Of a DNA stretch of 64,000 nucleotides, positions 21,110-31,507 are shown piece after piece. The notes below the pieces were generated by a model. It saw only the letters and a list, made by a program, of their open reading frames with translations. It was not told where the DNA came from and did no database searches. The position numbers and the translations under genes were made by a program. Source of the stretch: an uncultured Nitrospinota bacterium (lineage in GTDB: Bacteria; Nitrospinota; Nitrospinia; Nitrospinales; JAJDAT01); the NCBI GenBank assembly GCA_964570665.1, contig CAZMZH010000001.1, forward strand, positions 67,743 to 131,742, read 5' to 3'. How positions within the stretch are numbered: position 1 is the stretch's first letter; every line of letters starts with the position of its first letter.

Positions 21110-22999
21110 ATGTACCCCGATATCTACCTTCCAATCAGTATTATTGAAGTTGCCAGCGTTGTGGCGGCAGTTTTTGTCATATTTTTAATGGGCTTTTCTC
21201 TAGTTCGCTATCTAAAGATAGAAACCAAGGGTATTTTAGAAAATATCGTTATTTCATATACCCTTGCCTATTGCGCTTTTCATTTATTGGCGTTTGGAGT
21301 TTTCTTTACAAAATCCGACATTCCGTTTTATTTATTTTTTTCGCTTTGCTTAATCAATTTAATGGTTTCCGTGAAAAAAAGCGAACTGGCTTGGATTTCT
21401 GAAAAAAAACCACATGTCTATTTCTCTAACTGCGTTCGCAAATTAAGATCCTTTTACCCCTGGGTATACGCCCTTTTAGTATTCACAATTTTGTTTTATT
21501 TACATTACCTATGTAGAACTAGCTATTTGGAAATAACGGATAACGGGAAATTTAATATCATAGAAGAGTGGGATGAAATGAATCTAATTTCTTTCATTAA
21601 TGTCTCTCGAGATTTCTTTTTCCCAATTGAAAGTTCAAGCCTACCCTCTGAACCACCTATGTATTTTAGTTGGCTTGGAAATTTACTGCCGATTTTTCTT
21701 ATAAAATTCTTTCAAATCGATCAAATTCATTCCTATGTTATTTGGTCTCCTATATTCTTTCATTTAGCGTTAATTTTTCAAATTCATTATTTTGTTAACC
21801 AATACACTCAAAATAAATGGATACCGCTCTTTGCGGTTAACTTATTTTTCCTAAACCCTTTTATACCTTTTGAATTACTTCCTTTAAGAAGTCTTGTTGG
21901 AATATTTTTAGTCTTTTCCACTCTAATTTTTTTAATTAAATACCTTACTACTAAAAAACGAATCTTTATTGTCTTAACTTTTTCTTGGAGTTTATTATAT
22001 TTAGCCAAGGGGAATTATTTAATCCCCATAATTCCTGCATTAGCGGTTTTCTATCTTTACGAATTATTTGACGGCGAATCAAAAGTTTTCAATCTTAAAG
22101 TTTTTAGAATTTTATTCTTGTGCTTTTTACTACCTTATTTTCTTTTCTGGTTCAGCAAACATTATTTTTCATCGACACTCATGTTTAGCTTTTTTTCTCC
22201 AAACTGGAATATGAAATTATTAAATTTCTTAAAAGAGCTTCTTCCGGTTTTTCCACAACTGATTTTTATTGCATATTATCGCTACAAAATTTTTAAAACG
22301 AAAAATTCTTTTCCGATACTTGAAAAGATTTTACTCACGGCTTTTATAGCAACTTTTCTATTCAATATATTTCCTTACCGCCATTTGATAAGCGACTCCG
22401 CCTATCTAATTTTCTTTGGGGCTGCAATTATTTTTCCGTTAACAGCTCATAAATTGTTTACTAAAAATAGTTTATTCTATGGGCTCATGGGTCTTCTGTT
22501 AATATCATTTCCAATAGCCAAATTAAATAATCTGACAAAAATAGGAGCTTATGAAACGACAAAAGACGAACTTGATATGATTGGTTTTCTAAGAACTAAA
22601 ACGCCACCAAATAGCGTCATAGCGTCTAATGTAATAAGATATCTTGACCGTCCCGCTTTTCTAAGTTACTTATCCTACAGAAAACAATTCATAGAGGAAG
22701 GAGAACGCAACGCGGCTCTACTTAGAGTGCCTCTGGAAGAAAGAATTTACGATTATTTTAACTTCCTAACATGCCAGTGTAGTAAAAAAGAGCAAATCCG
22801 ATTTTTAAATAAATACAAATTTTTAAGTCACTTAATCGTCTACAATAAATCATTTATCAAACAAGGAAATATTATTTTTGGCATGAAACATAGATTAATA
22901 GCGGGTTATCCTATGTTTGAACCACATCCCGATTTATTTCAACCTGTTTATAAAAACAATTCTGTAAAAGTTTATAAAGTAACGAATCCAATGTCTTAA
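21110..22999 (+). CDS. polytopic membrane protein, function unassigned (possible glycan polymerase / GT-C-like)
   Basis: 629 aa. Hydrophobic helices through about aa 470, then a soluble C-terminal region. No motif I can name; the role is inferred only from the glycan-locus context. Confidence 0.55.
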   Translation: MYPDIYLPISIIEVASVVAAVFVIFLMGFSLVRYLKIETKGILENIVISYTLAYCAFHLLAFGVFFTKSDIPFYLFFSLCLINLMVSVKKSELAWISEKKPHVYFSNCVRKLRSFYPWVYALLVFTILFYLHYLCRTSYLEITDNGKFNIIEEWDEMNLISFINVSRDFFFPIESSSLPSEPPMYFSWLGNLLPIFLIKFFQIDQIHSYVIWSPIFFHLALIFQIHYFVNQYTQNKWIPLFAVNLFFLNPFIPFELLPLRSLVGIFLVFSTLIFLIKYLTTKKRIFIVLTFSWSLLYLAKGNYLIPIIPALAVFYLYELFDGESKVFNLKVFRILFLCFLLPYFLFWFSKHYFSSTLMFSFFSPNWNMKLLNFLKELLPVFPQLIFIAYYRYKIFKTKNSFPILEKILLTAFIATFLFNIFPYRHLISDSAYLIFFGAAIIFPLTAHKLFTKNSLFYGLMGLLLISFPIAKLNNLTKIGAYETTKDELDMIGFLRTKTPPNSVIASNVIRYLDRPAFLSYLSYRKQFIEEGERNAALLRVPLEERIYDYFNFLTCQCSKKEQIRFLNKYKFLSHLIVYNKSFIKQGNIIFGMKHRLIAGYPMFEPHPDLFQPVYKNNSVKVYKVTNPMS

Positions 23000-23071
23000 T
23001 CAGTTAAAAAAAACTTCTGAAAAATTAAGATTAAAATCATTTTTCATAATAACTCTAAATTTAAACGGGCA

Positions 23072-24310
23072 ATGTTCTTTAGATTTTTTTTACACTATTT
23101 TCTCTTTTTAATCGTTTTTATTGGTTGCAATAATGACAAGGCCCCTATTAAAACGATTTCGATGATACAAGGAAGTAAAAAGTTTTATGGACGCCCAGTT
23201 AGAAACTCTAGCGAAAAAATAAATTCAGTTGTCTACAACAATAAAACTCGATCGATTTTCTTTTCAATAGAACCAACAGAAGCAAGACAAAATTCTGTTT
23301 TTGAAATACCCTTTAAACCTTCAAACACTTTAAATCTAGAATATTTTTCAGATAATTTTAAAATTCAAGGCCACCTCACCAAACGAAACAGACTGATTAA
23401 ATCTAGCGTTGACGGACAGTATATGGCTTTTGGAAGTTGGGACGGAGATTTAATTTTAGAAAAGAATGCTTCTCCTTATTTCAACATAGAATATGATGGT
23501 GAAATTACAAGCTTAGAATTCCAGGATAATTTAATCGCGGTAGGATATAAAAGCGGGAATATTTCGTTTTACGATTTAAATCATAAGAAAAAACATACAT
23601 GGCTTAAACTTTTTGACGGGGAAATTACTTCAATAGAATCATTCAAAAATTCTCAATTTTTTGTTTCAGGAGTCAACGAGTATATTTTTCTGGTTGATGG
23701 CTACACAGGAAATATCTTAAATAAAATAAATACTAGAACTTTTAAAGAAAAGCTATTGATCGCTTCAGGATTGCATCCTTGTATTATCGATAAAATTAAT
23801 AAAATTATATATATTCCTGAAAAAGAACAGCTCATTACAACTCATGGTTGGACTTATTGCGCCAAACCTCAAATAAAAATTTGGGACGTAAAATCATGGA
23901 AAAAAACTTTTCAAATTGACAATCTTGACTCACAAGTTTATCAAATGATTTGGGCTCCAAAATCGCAAAAAGTTATTTTTGCCGACGAAAATATTTTCTT
24001 ATGGACATTAAATTTAGACACTTTCCACGTAGGAAACAAAAGCCCCTTAAGTAAGTCTATAAATTTTTTCAGTAAAGTTAATCACAAAAAAAAGCTTTTA
24101 ATTCCAAAATACCCAATAGGAGCTGTCAATTCACTCGACATGATTCCCAATACAGATATTATCATTGTCGGACTGGGATCCTATTTTTTAGGAGGGTCCG
24201 GATTACTAATTACGCAAGTAAACAAATCCGATTTTGAGCATTTAGTGTTTTTTATTAAAAATAACGGCTCAATATACTCTTTTACTCCAGAGATAAATTT
24301 CTCGTCTTAA
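23072..24310 (+). CDS. putative lipoprotein with WD40-like beta-propeller repeats
   Basis: 412 aa. N-terminal LIVFIGC lipobox-like signal. Internal repeats DGEITSLEFQDNLIAVGYKSGNISFYDL / DGEITSIESFKNSQFFVSG. Confidence 0.5.
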   Translation: MFFRFFLHYFLFLIVFIGCNNDKAPIKTISMIQGSKKFYGRPVRNSSEKINSVVYNNKTRSIFFSIEPTEARQNSVFEIPFKPSNTLNLEYFSDNFKIQGHLTKRNRLIKSSVDGQYMAFGSWDGDLILEKNASPYFNIEYDGEITSLEFQDNLIAVGYKSGNISFYDLNHKKKHTWLKLFDGEITSIESFKNSQFFVSGVNEYIFLVDGYTGNILNKINTRTFKEKLLIASGLHPCIIDKINKIIYIPEKEQLITTHGWTYCAKPQIKIWDVKSWKKTFQIDNLDSQVYQMIWAPKSQKVIFADENIFLWTLNLDTFHVGNKSPLSKSINFFSKVNHKKKLLIPKYPIGAVNSLDMIPNTDIIIVGLGSYFLGGSGLLITQVNKSDFEHLVFFIKNNGSIYSFTPEINFSS

Positions 24311-24426
24311 CCTCAATCCCCAAATCAAACAATTTTGTAGTTGATTTTTTATCGTCAAAATAGACCATCCTCTGAAACCGGTTCCCACTGTTCCCACACA
24401 AATTTTCATTTTGGAAACGATAAAAA

Positions 24427-26838
24427 CTACGTCGGGCTAATAATCAGATCTATTATTTTTATATTTCTATCTTCGGGATACTCTCCAAGAGCAAACGAGG
24501 TTATTTTATTTTTTTTACTTACAGCCTGAATTGAAAGTGTTTGTCCACCTTTTTTAATTTTGATATTTTCAAAATTAATCCAGCTGGAATTCTTTGGGAT
24601 TGATCGTTTGCCAAATAATGAATCATTCAAATCAAAAACTAGATCATACGCATTCAATGATGGACCAAATTGTTTGGAAAATTTTACGCTAATATTGTAT
24701 TTGCCTGCTTGAGGAGAAGTAAAATTATAATAAATTTTATTATTTTTACTTGATAGTAGCTGAAGGGATAATTGGTCGTCTTGATCTTTCCATAAAAATT
24801 GATTTTTAACCGCTTTAACGATCGTTTTTTCATGTGAAATTGGAGGGTAAATATATATATTTAACTGGCGGCTCAAGGGAACCCAAGCAACACATAACAA
24901 CAAAATAAAGCAAATTACGTTTGCCTTAGGTTCTAAGGAAATAGAGGGTTTTATTTTACTATCTTGGCTTTTATTTTTTTCACGGTTTAAATTTATCGAA
25001 TCGTGGGCGGTTTGAACCTGAAATAAATATTTAAAGATAGAAAAAATTCCCAGAGAAAAAAATACAATGATAATTGGCATGACAATTCCACGATAACGAG
25101 CGTATGAATAAACAACTACGCTATGAAAAAGGAAATGATAAATAAAAGGTAACGCAATAACGACCTTAATTCGCCAACTAATAGTTTTTGAAAAAATGAA
25201 TGAAAAAAAACCTATGATAAAAACCGGAATATAAAAAAAGGACAATGCGCTTGCGAAATAAGAGTTTTGTTTCATAAGAAACGGGTCAAGAAAGATTGAG
25301 TTATGCCCTAAGAAATAAGCTCTAACTTCAAAAAGGATTTTTTTGACTAACATGGTTCCTATTCCAATGGGATCTTCTAGGAACATTTCTAAACTTTTTC
25401 CAGGATGATCAAATGGATTAAAATTAATTTCCATAATTTGTGCTGCGACTTGATGCCCACCGTAAACCCAATTTCCAAACCATGAAGCCATAGCTCCTAA
25501 AGACCTACCCAACGGCATAATAGTTTTATAAATATCATAAAGCGGAACATTGAAAGTCAACTCTGCAATTAAAAAACCTAAAAAAGTCGAGAAAACCATT
25601 GCGGCAAACTTTTTCTTACCCGCCCTGCCCCAAAGTGGAACTAAACAAAGAATTGCCAACGGAGCCAAAAGACCTTCCAAAAGAACAGTCCAACCAAAAA
25701 TGAAACCAAAAAGAAATCCAAAGATTGCTTTTAAATTGTCCATTGATTTAATTAGAATAAGCAAACTTAGCGTCAAAAATAAACTTGCAAGAGCGGTGCG
25801 ATGTACAACTACTGAGAAATGTAAAAGTTCATATGAGAAAGCCGAGCAAATCAAAGCGATCAACGCAACATTTAGACCAAAAACTTTTCTACAAATAAAG
25901 AATATTAAGAGCGGAGTCGCGCAAGTAATCAGGCTTTGTACGGTTAAAGCGTCTATTAAATTAAAATGCGTGATTTTTAAAAGGATAAAAAGTAATAGCG
26001 AGTAAGAATAGGGAACGACGGAAAACGTGGGGACTCCTGTCATAAAACTCCACGCCGCTTGATATGAATGCGGCCCATCTGCCGCCATACCGGAAACATC
26101 GATTAGGCCAAAAAGCCTAAAATAGGAGATCGTTAAATATCGAAATGCGAAAGAAGTTATTAAAATTAAAAGAATTAAAATAATCAATCCATTTTTCTCA
26201 AATTTTCTTTTAAAAATGAATGGATTTAAAGCAATTTTTCTTGAAAGAAAAATGATACCAGCGGCATAGATCCAGGCTAAAAGATGAAAAGTAGAAAAAT
26301 TGGAGAACAAGAAAGATATGAGAGGAGAATAAAATAAGAATACGTTGAATTTTCCAAGGAAACTATTCTCTTTCCACAAAGTATTTATTGAAAAACAATA
26401 ATATCCAAGAAAAAATATAGACATAAAAAGCTTTATATATTCTTCCTTATATGGAAATGGTATATTTCCGAGCGGCCAAAAGAAACTTCCTTCCATTGTT
26501 TCTTGCTGAAGGGTTAAAAATAATATATATATATATACCAATAATCCAGCCGATAGAACTTTGCGCAACGTAGCGCCCAAATCGTTTTCTAATTTACAAA
26601 TATAAAATATTAGCCAGAAGACGCTTAAACTTATTAAAAAGAAAAAAGGCGCAATTAAGAATGTACTGGACGGGGCGGGCGAAAAGTTTTGATTGTAATA
26701 GTAAAAAATAAAATTTTGGTTTTGAAATTCATTTATAAAAATTTGATATCCCGCAACTATAATAAAAAGTAAACCAAGTAAATGATTGACAAGCAAATTC
26801 TGAGAAGTTTTTATTTTTAGACAATTACGAAAACTCAT
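24427..26838 (-). CDS. very large polytopic membrane protein, probable GT-C (ArnT/PMT-like) glycosyltransferase; paralog of 3441-5978
   Basis: 803 aa with the same helix layout and several alignable blocks shared with 3441-5978. C-terminal roughly 180-aa non-hydrophobic domain. Confidence 0.55.
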   Translation of the reverse strand: MSFRNCLKIKTSQNLLVNHLLGLLFIIVAGYQIFINEFQNQNFIFYYYNQNFSPAPSSTFLIAPFFFLISLSVFWLIFYICKLENDLGATLRKVLSAGLLVYIYILFLTLQQETMEGSFFWPLGNIPFPYKEEYIKLFMSIFFLGYYCFSINTLWKENSFLGKFNVFLFYSPLISFLFSNFSTFHLLAWIYAAGIIFLSRKIALNPFIFKRKFEKNGLIILILLILITSFAFRYLTISYFRLFGLIDVSGMAADGPHSYQAAWSFMTGVPTFSVVPYSYSLLLFILLKITHFNLIDALTVQSLITCATPLLIFFICRKVFGLNVALIALICSAFSYELLHFSVVVHRTALASLFLTLSLLILIKSMDNLKAIFGFLFGFIFGWTVLLEGLLAPLAILCLVPLWGRAGKKKFAAMVFSTFLGFLIAELTFNVPLYDIYKTIMPLGRSLGAMASWFGNWVYGGHQVAAQIMEINFNPFDHPGKSLEMFLEDPIGIGTMLVKKILFEVRAYFLGHNSIFLDPFLMKQNSYFASALSFFYIPVFIIGFFSFIFSKTISWRIKVVIALPFIYHFLFHSVVVYSYARYRGIVMPIIIVFFSLGIFSIFKYLFQVQTAHDSINLNREKNKSQDSKIKPSISLEPKANVICFILLLCVAWVPLSRQLNIYIYPPISHEKTIVKAVKNQFLWKDQDDQLSLQLLSSKNNKIYYNFTSPQAGKYNISVKFSKQFGPSLNAYDLVFDLNDSLFGKRSIPKNSSWINFENIKIKKGGQTLSIQAVSKKNKITSFALGEYPEDRNIKIIDLIISPT

Positions 26839-27305
26839 GATATTTGGAGAAAATATTTTATGTAAATTAAAATGAAAAAAGTTTTCTCAACCCTAGCAAA
26901 GAATTACTAATCAAAAAACAGAACGATTTTTTTCAGCAAACAAGCGCTTGGAATATAAAAAAGATGAATGTGCGTAAGGGATGAAAAGCGTTTACCGCCG
27001 CTTTCTCGATTAGGACAATTACTAGGATACTATGTGGACTTATTTTCTTCCATAGAAATTTCAAGAACCCATTCTTCTATAACATTTTTTATTGCTGGTT
27101 TTGGGTCGGAATTGATATTTTTCAAATCGATTCTAAAACGCCGTCTTCTATAGAAAGGTGGGCTAATCTGATCCATTGTAGTAAACCAATAGGTTCAAAA
27201 AACGGATCATGTGGAATTCATTAATAAGCGGAAAGGAATCCCTAACGCGAAGTATCTTTATTCTCGAGAACATCGCTTTGAAGATGGTATTTATACCTTA
27301 AAACT

Positions 27306-28087
27306 TTAACCGGCTATGGGAGCGATCTTCTTCACATTTTCAATGATTGAATCCATATTATAATCTTTCAATAAATTTTTTAGAAATGCGGATAATTGAT
27401 CGCATCCGGCTCCCTTGGCGTTCAACTCTTTAAGATATCCATCTAATTCTGTAATACTACAAACTTCCGCAGAGCATATAATATTATCGATTAAATTTTT
27501 TGAAGCTTTTATTTCTGAAAATACAATTCCTGTTTCTTCAATTTCCCGGTCGTCAATATCGTTTTTTTCTTAAATTCAAATCCTAATTCTAAATTTTTGG
27601 CTAAAGCTTCAAATATTTCATCGGCCTTAAAGGGCTTTGATATGAAAAAATCAAAACCTTTTTCCAAATACTTAGTTCTTTGTTGGTTGAACGCCGAGGC
27701 GGTTATACAAACAATTTTTAAATTTCTATTTTCTAAATCGCTTTTTATTTTATCAAAAACTTCCAGACCGTCCATTTCCGGCATCAAAATATCCAAAAAC
27801 ACAATATCCGGTCTGGTTTCTTTTATTAGACTCAACCTTTTCATTCCGCTATCCGCTTCATAAACTTCAACGCCAATACTTTTTAAAAACCCGGAAAGAA
27901 CTTCTCTATTTTCATTGATATCGTCGATTAATAAAGCGGTAACTTTTTGTCCTTTTTTAAGCGATTGAACTTTATCATACTGTTTTTTTTTGAAACTTTT
28001 TTTATCGTCGACAGAAGAGAACGGTATTGTAAAGAAAAATTTGGAACCTTTACCCACTTCGGATTCCAAATTTAATTTGCCGCCCAA
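27306..28087 (-). pseudogene. remnant of a hybrid sensor histidine kinase (HATPase_c tail plus intact receiver domain; N-terminus missing)
   Basis: The ORF opens directly after a stop codon and starts GGKLNLESEVGKGSKFFFTIPF, which is the G2-box end of an HK ATPase domain. A REC domain follows (LIDDI...FLDILMPEMDG...SKPF). No DHp or sensor sequence is upstream in any frame. A further 67 codons continue to 27306 in another frame past a T7 run (27562-27568). Confidence 0.6.
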
Positions 28088-28174
28088 GACGATATTCCAT
28101 TAAATAGCGAGTCAAATCAAACCTTTTGTCCGGTTTATTTTGATCTCCATAAATACTGATAAACTAAAATTTTT

Positions 28175-28426
28175 TTAACCTAGAGGATGGCTTGGAAAAA
28201 GCGTTAGAATGTTGAATGTGTTGTAATCGCTAGAGTCAAAATAATAAGAAAATTCTATTTTGTTTTTTCCTTTAACTTCGTCCGATTTCTTATGTTGGGT
28301 ATTACTTATGGCGCCTTTTTGGTTTGCGGCGGAAAAAGAACTTGTGGGGGAATGAACAAGTAAAAAGAAAAATATTAATACGGTTAATTCGGAAATGGCC
28401 TTGAAAAAAAAACACTTGAACTCCAA
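28175..28426 (-). CDS. hypothetical small protein with N-terminal hydrophobic segment
   Basis: 83-aa ORF with no recognisable motif. It may be a leftover of the decayed kinase locus. Confidence 0.25.
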   Translation of the reverse strand: MEFKCFFFKAISELTVLIFFFLLVHSPTSSFSAANQKGAISNTQHKKSDEVKGKNKIEFSYYFDSSDYNTFNILTLFPSHPLG

Positions 28427-28766
28427 GCCGATTATAAAATTGATTCACCCCCCTTATATAAGCAATTTCGAGGTCATTTTATAGACCATTCAATAGTATT
28501 GATTTTTAAAGAAATTGTGAGGAATCGCTCTCTTTTAGGTATCGGACATCTTAAAAACAGAAAAATTATATCTGTTTTTAAGACAAATGATTCTTGAAAA
28601 TAGAATTTCAAATTTTGATAATTTTTTTTATTTAATAAAAAATAAATACTTGTTGAAATTGGTCAATGAAGATAGAGTAGATATACATTTAATGTTAAAT
28701 CGCTTAATAGATGCCAATAGTATTGCCAAGATGACTGGTTAAAAACTTCTTTCAGGGTTGGTTTAA

Positions 28767-29177
28767 TTGATGGGAAATGAAAATATTAATATTTTAATAG
28801 TCGACGATGTTCCAGAAAACGTCACTATCCTAAGAAATTTCTTAGAAAACGAAGACTGCAGTATCTCCATGGCGGCAAATGGAGAAAAAGCCATCGAAAT
28901 TGCTTCGAAAACGTTGCCCCAATTAATATTATTGAATGTCATGACGCCCGGTCATGATGGCTTTCAAATCTGTAAAAAGTTAAAGAATAGCTGGCTTACC
29001 CATAAAATTCCTATCATTTTTGTAATGGGGAAAACTCCTGTTGAAGATATAATTTCGGGTTTTGAGGCTGGAGGTTGCGATTACTTAACTAAACCTTTTA
29101 CGGAACAGGAAATTTTAGTACGAGTAAAAACACACCTGCAACTTTCTGAATTAAAAATTCTAAACTATGGATTATAA
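28767..29177 (+). CDS. single-domain response-regulator receiver with non-canonical active site (pseudo-receiver)
   Basis: 136 aa. ILIVDD acidic pair is present. The phospho-acceptor position reads LILLNVMTPGHDG (Asn instead of Asp), and the conserved Thr/Ser position reads IIFVMG. Lys is retained (LTKPF). An ATG lies at 28770. Confidence 0.75.
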   Translation: MMGNENINILIVDDVPENVTILRNFLENEDCSISMAANGEKAIEIASKTLPQLILLNVMTPGHDGFQICKKLKNSWLTHKIPIIFVMGKTPVEDIISGFEAGGCDYLTKPFTEQEILVRVKTHLQLSELKILNYGL

Positions 29178-29229
29178 AAACTGAAATTAGAATAATTTTC
29201 CCACTAGACCTATTTTTCGAGAAATTTTT

Positions 29230-30069
29230 ATGGACATAAATTCGTTAGACGAAGTAGCAAAGCATTACGTCTCCTCAATGCCCGCAGTAGTGTACAAGCT
29301 TCAGGAAGCGTTGAGAGACGAAGACATGACTTTTGACGATATAGCCGAAATTATTAGCGGAGACCCTGGACTAGCGGTTAGACTGCTTAAAATTGTTAAC
29401 AGTCCATTTTACGGATTGGATTCCAAGGTAGATACAATTTCCCATGCCCTTAGTGTTGCAGGAGTGGACGAATTAAACTATTTAGTGATTTCTTCCGTTC
29501 TTGTCCATCAATTCAAAGATCTTTCAGAAGAGTTCGTGAGCATAAATTCTTTTTGGCGACACAATATCGCTACCGGAGTTATTGCGCGTGAAATAGCAAT
29601 GCTGGTGGAAGATTCCAGCCCAGAACGATTTTATTTAGCCGGCATGCTCCATGATATAGGGAGTCTGGTAATTTTCAATTTACTTCCCGACGCTTCTAAA
29701 GAAGTAATAGCAAAATGTAGAGAAAGCAATAACCCATTGTATCAAGAAGAAACTAAGCTCATTGGCTTTAACCATATGGACGTAGGGAGTCGATTACTAA
29801 ATGCATGGAAACTTCCAGAAAACCTAGTGGCAGCGGCGGCAAATCACCACGAACCATTTCAAGGAAAAGAATTTTCTTTTGAAGGCGGAGTGATCCATTT
29901 AGCGGACTCAGTTGCTCATATACTAGAGATGGGAGATAGTGGAGAACCCTACATCCCAATGATGTACAAAAAAGTATTGGATGAACTAAAGCTTGAAGAA
30001 AATTTTTGGGAACCTATCGAAGAAAAAATCCGCGAACTATATAATGACGCCGTCAATACTTACCTATAA
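29230..30069 (+). CDS. HDOD domain protein
   Basis: 279 aa. LLKIVNSPFYGL and AGMLHDIGSLV motifs are typical of HDOD (HD-related output domain). Confidence 0.75.
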   Translation: MDINSLDEVAKHYVSSMPAVVYKLQEALRDEDMTFDDIAEIISGDPGLAVRLLKIVNSPFYGLDSKVDTISHALSVAGVDELNYLVISSVLVHQFKDLSEEFVSINSFWRHNIATGVIAREIAMLVEDSSPERFYLAGMLHDIGSLVIFNLLPDASKEVIAKCRESNNPLYQEETKLIGFNHMDVGSRLLNAWKLPENLVAAAANHHEPFQGKEFSFEGGVIHLADSVAHILEMGDSGEPYIPMMYKKVLDELKLEENFWEPIEEKIRELYNDAVNTYL

Positions 30070-30172
30070 ACAATTCACAACTTTTGTAATAAATGACTAG
30101 GCGCTCTCCCAGATAAAAATAAATAGTTTTCAAATAACCCTTTCAATAAAAGACTAGTCTTTAGCAACAGTC

Positions 30173-30817
30173 TTAATCCCGATCGCGTCTCATCTGCACA
30201 CCCCAATATCCAACCGATATTGTGAACAAAGTAATAAAGTAATACAATAAAATTGTGATCCAAAACTCACCCACATCGGCTACCGAATCATAGACCTCGT
30301 GACAGGTACGATTTCTACCCGAGAAACATTCCACACTTCCACTGAGCAAAGACCATCCTAGGAGACAAACCATTACCGAACCCATCGCAAAGAATAAACC
30401 AATAGCCTTTTTATCGTGCAAATCAAATCCGTCCAGGCCCCTTTTTACCTGGCTTCCTCCTTCCACTTTGTTAAACACGCGAGCCATCTTGGGAGCGATG
30501 CGATAACCAAGCCAACCCATAACCAGTAACATCAACACTCTGAAAAAGGGGTCCAAGAATGGAGGAAACTCTAGAAAATAAATACTTCTTAAAAAAAGAA
30601 TTAAAATAAAAAGGACTCCAACCACGTAAAAAGTGATGCCATTGTCGCTACCTCTTATAGGTTGGGCAGATGGTCTATAAGTTCTGGTATCTTTTATTTC
30701 TGTTTTTTTCCTTTCTTGCGCTATTTTGTATTTTGCAAATATGACTCCACAATCAATGCAAACATCCGAGGAAGGTTGTTCAAATTTGCATTTAGGACAT
30801 TCCATCATTGAAGCCAT
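30173..30817 (-). CDS. membrane protein with N-terminal zinc-ribbon
   Basis: 214 aa. CPKC...13 aa...CIDC, followed by about 4 hydrophobic helices. Confidence 0.55.
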   Translation of the reverse strand: MASMMECPKCKFEQPSSDVCIDCGVIFAKYKIAQERKKTEIKDTRTYRPSAQPIRGSDNGITFYVVGVLFILILFLRSIYFLEFPPFLDPFFRVLMLLVMGWLGYRIAPKMARVFNKVEGGSQVKRGLDGFDLHDKKAIGLFFAMGSVMVCLLGWSLLSGSVECFSGRNRTCHEVYDSVADVGEFWITILLYYFITLFTISVGYWGVQMRRDRD

Positions 30818-30923
30818 GAATTAGTTCTCTTAGTTTAAAATTACTCTGAATCCAAGATCCAACATAGAATATGTAAAAGTCACCTTAAATTAGAGAAACT
30901 TTTTAAAGGAAAAACTCAAACTC

Positions 30924-31499
30924 TTATAATTCCAAAGCCAAAATAATCAAACACGTAATCACTGCGATTAATAAAGCTCGCAAGCCAGTCCACAGCCAAA
31001 ATGACCCGCTCATTTTACCCAAGAAAAGACCTAATAGAAAAATTACAAAAAACGCGGAAGCAATGGCTGACTCCAACGGAAGCAAGGGAAGAGTTATTCC
31101 ATATTGAGCCATCCATAAAGGGAGGATGATAACTAGAGAAATCAAAAAAGGAGCAAATCCATTAACCAAGGCAATCCATATGGGTGTCCATTTCATTGCC
31201 CTGCTGAAATCTGTATCGCTGAGATCGTCTACTAACGCTCTTTCTAATTCGGCGAGTTCTTTTTTCCTTTCTTCAGATTCGCTGATATAGGCGCTACTAA
31301 GACCGCTAATGCAAAGAGCCATTGCCGCTCCCATGCAAGCGCCAATGGCCGTACGAATTGGTACATCCTCAGAAGCATAAAACCCCATAAGTAAACCCAA
31401 CATAGTTAGGGCGCCATCATAGCCGTTGGTAAAGAAATAACGGCGGGCGATACTATTAGCTTTAGTAAGATTTAATAAAAACCGAATTCGTTGAAGCAC
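30924..31499 (-). CDS. VIT1/CCC1-related membrane protein (TIGR00267-like)
   Basis: 191 aa. The N-terminal ARRYFFTNGYDGALTMLGLLMG pattern and 4-5 helices resemble the short VIT-like family usually found next to DUF211 genes (from memory). Confidence 0.5.
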   Translation of the reverse strand: MLQRIRFLLNLTKANSIARRYFFTNGYDGALTMLGLLMGFYASEDVPIRTAIGACMGAAMALCISGLSSAYISESEERKKELAELERALVDDLSDTDFSRAMKWTPIWIALVNGFAPFLISLVIILPLWMAQYGITLPLLPLESAIASAFFVIFLLGLFLGKMSGSFWLWTGLRALLIAVITCLIILALEL

Positions 31500-31507
31500 G
31501 GATCAAA

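Noticed and set aside
25550-26005. 151-aa plus-strand ORF inside the 803-aa membrane-protein gene, and similar antisense or alternate-frame ORFs at 2255-2746, 2876-3277, 4018-4299, 8351-8596, 9190-9459, 12180-12715, 34449-35561, 49139-49402, 54906-55226, 56144-56503 and 62714-63168
   Set aside because: All are embedded in longer ORFs with clear family signatures on the other strand or frame. Their translations are low-complexity and carry no motifs.
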